A program made the translations under genes and the position numbers. A stretch of DNA of 64,000 bases from Promethearchaeota archaeon Loki_b31 (GTDB lineage: Archaea; Asgardarchaeota; Lokiarchaeia; Sigyniarchaeales; SOKP01). Below the pieces are notes generated by a model, which was given only the letters and a program-made list of their open reading frames with translations, did no database searches and was not told where the DNA came from. Below, piece after piece: positions 60,706 to 64,000 of this stretch; position 1 is the stretch's first letter, and each line of letters begins with the position of its first letter. The DNA is taken from positions 1-64,000 of the forward strand of contig NJBI01000006.1 of NCBI GenBank assembly GCA_005222975.1, in the 5' to 3' direction.

Positions 60706-62688
60706 ATGTCAGAAAAAGACACAAAAATGGAAAGTGTACTCACTGAAAATCGGATATTTAATCCCGTAGAACTCAATCCCGACTATGTGAAATCTGGAAT
60801 GTCAATGGAAGAATACCAGAAGTTATATAAACGATCCATCGGAGATATGGAAGGGTTCTGGGACGAACAAGCTAAATCAATCGATTGGTTTAAACCCTAC
60901 GATAAAGTATGGGAAAAAACTGATCTATTCCCTGGAAAATGGTTTGTTGGCGGAAAACTTAATGTAGCCTACAATTGTCTTGACAGACATGTGAAAGCAG
61001 GCAATGGAGATCGAGTCGCTATTATATGGGAGGCAGACGAACCCGGTCAAGTGAGAAAATTTACATATACCGAGCTTTTAAAAGAAGTAAGTAAAGTAGC
61101 TAACGGTATGAGAGATTTAGGACTGAAAAAGGGCGATAGAGTAACAATTTGGTTACCAATGATTCCCGAATTAGCGATAATAATGCTAGCTTGTGCCCGA
61201 ATCGGTGTAATTCATTCCATAGTATTCGGTGGATTCTCGAAAGAAGCTGTGAAAGATAGAGTGAAAGATTCTGATTCGCGACTATTATTTACGAGCGACG
61301 AAACTTTACGCGCTGGTAAAATCTACCCAAAAATGGCTGATGTCGTTAAAATTATTGATGATCTACCTACAATCGAACATGTTATTGTCGTTAAGCGTAC
61401 AGGAAACGAAATCCCTCACACAGATAAAGACATATGGTATGACGAATTTATCGGTGGAATGAACGACGAGTGTGAACCCGAAGAGATGGACTCCGAAGAT
61501 ACACTATTTTTACTCTATACAAGCGGAACCACAGGAAAACCAAAAGGCGTTAAACACACAACAGCCGGATATATCTTATATACATCGATCACTCACAGAG
61601 TTGTATTCAACTACAAGGAAGGCGAAGTTTGGTATTGTACCGCAGACATAGGTTGGATAACGGGTCATAGTTATATCGTATATGGGCCTTTAGCGAATGG
61701 AGCAACTACTTTAATGTTTGAAAGCGTTCCAACATATCCAGATGTAGATCGTTTTTGGGACATTGTAGAACGCCATAAAGTTAACCAATTTTATACAGCT
61801 CCAACTGCAATACGCGCTCTAATGAGACACGGTGATGAACCAGTAAATAAACACGATCTAAGTTCATTAAAAGTCCTGGGTACTGTTGGAGAACCAATAA
61901 ATCCTGAAGCATGGACATGGTATCATAGAGTTGTTGGTAAAGAGAAATGTCCTATAGTTGATACTTACTGGCAAACTGAAACCGGTGGGTTTATTATGAC
62001 CCCAATTGCTACAGCAACACCCACAAAACCTGGGTCTTGTTGCATGCCTTTTTTCGGCATCAAACCAGTTATTTTTGACTTAGAAGGTGATGAAATCACC
62101 GAACCAAACGAAGGCGGTTACTTTGCAATTCAAACACCCTGGCCGGGAATGTTACGCGATGTTTGGGGTGATACAGAGAGATTTAAATCGACTTATCTCG
62201 AAAAATATCCAGGACATTATTACACTGGTGATGGAGCACGAACAGATGAAGATGGCTATTATTGGATCCTTGGGCGATTGGACGATGTTATTAAGGTATC
62301 CGGACACCGCATAGGAACAATGGAAGTAGAATCTGCTATAGTGAGTCATCCAAAAGTAGCGGAAGCTGCCGTAGCACCCTTTCCGCATAAAATAAAAGGG
62401 CAAGCTATTTGGGCGTTCGTGACATTAATGGGTGGCATTGAAAAATCAGCGAAATTATCGAAAGAGATTCGTATGCATGTTAGACAAGAGATTGGTCCAG
62501 TATTTCAACCGGATGTAATTCAATTTGCTGATGCCTTGCCTAAAACGCGAAGTGGTAAGATTATGCGCAGAATTCTTAAAGCTATAGCTTCGGGCACAGA
62601 AATAGGTAATGTTACCACATTAGCCGATCCTTCCGTCGTTGATGTATTGCTTGAAGAGCGGAAGAAAATGGATGTCGAAGTAGGTTAA
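60706..62688 (+). CDS. acs: AMP-forming acetyl-CoA synthetase
   Basis: YTSGTTGKPKG, WITGHSYIVYGPL, DTYWQTETG, PKTRSGKIMRR. Confidence 0.97.
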   Translation: MSEKDTKMESVLTENRIFNPVELNPDYVKSGMSMEEYQKLYKRSIGDMEGFWDEQAKSIDWFKPYDKVWEKTDLFPGKWFVGGKLNVAYNCLDRHVKAGNGDRVAIIWEADEPGQVRKFTYTELLKEVSKVANGMRDLGLKKGDRVTIWLPMIPELAIIMLACARIGVIHSIVFGGFSKEAVKDRVKDSDSRLLFTSDETLRAGKIYPKMADVVKIIDDLPTIEHVIVVKRTGNEIPHTDKDIWYDEFIGGMNDECEPEEMDSEDTLFLLYTSGTTGKPKGVKHTTAGYILYTSITHRVVFNYKEGEVWYCTADIGWITGHSYIVYGPLANGATTLMFESVPTYPDVDRFWDIVERHKVNQFYTAPTAIRALMRHGDEPVNKHDLSSLKVLGTVGEPINPEAWTWYHRVVGKEKCPIVDTYWQTETGGFIMTPIATATPTKPGSCCMPFFGIKPVIFDLEGDEITEPNEGGYFAIQTPWPGMLRDVWGDTERFKSTYLEKYPGHYYTGDGARTDEDGYYWILGRLDDVIKVSGHRIGTMEVESAIVSHPKVAEAAVAPFPHKIKGQAIWAFVTLMGGIEKSAKLSKEIRMHVRQEIGPVFQPDVIQFADALPKTRSGKIMRRILKAIASGTEIGNVTTLADPSVVDVLLEERKKMDVEVG

Positions 62689-62691
62689 ATC

Positions 62692-62720
62692 ATTTTTTTT
62701 TATTTCTTTTTATATTTATT
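62692..62720 (+). terminator. Putative oligo-T archaeal terminator after acs
   Basis: Long T tract (ttttttttt atttcttttt) immediately after the acs stop. Confidence 0.4.
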
Positions 62721-62807
62721 ACCTTACAATTTATTTATATCATTGTTCGAATATAAGATAACCAATATTTAAATGATCATATGTATATATATATCTAGTG
62801 AGTAAAA

Positions 62808-63041
62808 ATGCCATCACGATCAATTTCAATAAAGGAAGAAATCTATAATCAACTTGACAAATATCGATTAAAGAATGAAAGCTTCTCAGAGGCGATAAAA
62901 AGATTACTAGAATCTAACGCTGATATTCTAGATTTAGCTGGGGCTTGGAAAAAAATCAATGATGTGGAGCCTGCATTGGCTATAGTTGAAAAAATCGTAA
63001 AAAAAATACATGAAGAAGAAATTGATATTAAATTGATATAA
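62808..63041 (+). CDS. vapB: VapB-type antitoxin (DUF217-like)
   Basis: ISIKEEIY..L...K.ESFSEAIKRL...AGAW pattern; directly upstream of a PIN gene. Confidence 0.88.
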   Translation: MPSRSISIKEEIYNQLDKYRLKNESFSEAIKRLLESNADILDLAGAWKKINDVEPALAIVEKIVKKIHEEEIDIKLI

Positions 63042-63042
63042 A

Positions 63043-63474
63043 ATGGCTGTTTTAATAGACACTAACATCATTATTGGTTTCTTGAAAGAAGATGCATTAA
63101 TTGTTGAAAAAATACGAGAATATATAAAAAACAAAATTCCTATTTTTACATCTACAATTTCTATTTATGAGATCTATACAGGAATTGTTGCTAATCTATA
63201 CCTAAAAGGGGGTAGACCATCCAAGGTTCCAGAATTATTAGTTGCTTATGATAAATTCCTTTTAAAGTGTGGAATTCTTAACTTTACAAGAGAATCTGCT
63301 GAAAAAGCAGCAGATATTTATGCGCAATCACAAGGAAAGGGAATCACTATTAAAGAAAAGGATTGTCAAATTGCTGGAATTGCGTTAGCTCATGGAATTA
63401 CAGAAGTCTATACTCAAGACGTACAAGATTTTTCAAGGATATTTGATATAGTTGGATTGAAATACATCGGATAA
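63043..63474 (+). CDS. vapC: VapC PIN-domain toxin
   Basis: IDTNII, S.ISIYE, D..IAG.A, T.D..DF. Confidence 0.92.
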   Translation: MAVLIDTNIIIGFLKEDALIVEKIREYIKNKIPIFTSTISIYEIYTGIVANLYLKGGRPSKVPELLVAYDKFLLKCGILNFTRESAEKAADIYAQSQGKGITIKEKDCQIAGIALAHGITEVYTQDVQDFSRIFDIVGLKYIG

Positions 63475-63572
63475 AAACCCGTTGAAACTTCTTTATCTAA
63501 TCCTTTATTCCGAAGAATTAAGTCAACTTAAATTAATTTCTTATACTTTAGATAAACTTTCGTTTTTTTATA

Positions 63573-63698
63573 TTATTCCTTTTCCCATTTTTGGCGTTCG
63601 GATAGTACTTTAAAGATGTCAATATCCTTGTATATAATTCCTTCTTTTTTGGCTGGAAGCGCATGTTTAATTCGTTCTTTTTCGGGGGTCTTAATCAA
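63573..63698 (-). CDS. Possible 41-aa small protein
   Basis: GGTG-N5-TTG then IKTPEKERIKHALPAKKEGIIYKDIDIFKVLSERQKWEKE*; no recognisable family. Confidence 0.25.
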   Translation of the reverse strand: MIKTPEKERIKHALPAKKEGIIYKDIDIFKVLSERQKWEKE

Positions 63699-64000
63699 TG
63701 AAACACCGAATTTTGTTACAAATTTTTAGAAAATAACCCAACTAATGTTAAAAAGAGTAATTTTTGCGAATAAATTTTTAATCCTTTAGGAGACAATCTT
63801 ATTCTCCATAGGAAAAAAAAATTAACAATTTTTGTGTAGTTTTAAAAAACCCTTTTAAGAGGGTTAAACAAAGCGTTTATTGGGCTTTTTAAGTTATTAC
63901 TCATTTTACTATTAGACTGAGAAGTTATTTCATTTAGTGTAAGTTTATTTGTCAAGTATAAAGCTAGTAGAGGTTAACTTTTTTGAATTTAGAGAGAAAG

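Noticed and set aside
2422-63134. Numerous 60-170 aa ORFs overlapping long genes on the opposite strand or another frame
   Set aside because: Shadow ORFs of well-supported genes, with no motifs.
1-64000. tRNA/rRNA genes
   Set aside because: No GC-rich structured segment or tRNA T-loop/acceptor pattern recognised in the AT-rich intergenic regions; a covariance search was not possible.

Overview
AT-rich archaeal chromosome segment that reads as Asgard archaea (most likely Lokiarchaeia/Promethearchaeia). The assignment rests on several Rab/Arf-like small GTPases, an EF-2 lacking the canonical HRG diphthamide motif, a eukaryote-like STT3/AglB, an IPG-type C-terminal sorting remnant and archaeal housekeeping genes (rpoL, csl4, rfcS, truA, aIF5B, cca, taw1, tfb, engB, eno, acs). 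Most of the window is core genome, with three accessory zones. (1) 1-5.7 kb holds the end of a HerA/VirB4/FtsK-like ATPase, then a giant acidic repeat protein ending in an intact-looking double LAGLIDADG nuclease, then an LRR protein. This is the best candidate for an undescribed system (secreted nuclease effector plus immunity, or a mobile-element module). (2) 19.0-22.3 kb is a roughly 3 kb island between uvrB and uvrA. It is bracketed by two synonymously diverged copies of the uvrA 5' end and contains an internally deleted ISH3-like IS with a 7-bp target duplication, plus gene remnants. (3) 27.1-34.8 kb is an oxidoreductase/peptidase cluster. Other notable points: genes that seem to need ATT/ATA starts, an in-frame TGA that cuts off a conserved C-terminus, a degenerate CoA-transferase-GNAT fusion beside acs, a pseudo-GTPase/alpha-solenoid protein and a Taw1 with an inserted HTH. 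No rRNA, tRNA or CRISPR array was recognised. All calls come from motif recognition by eye; no database search was run.
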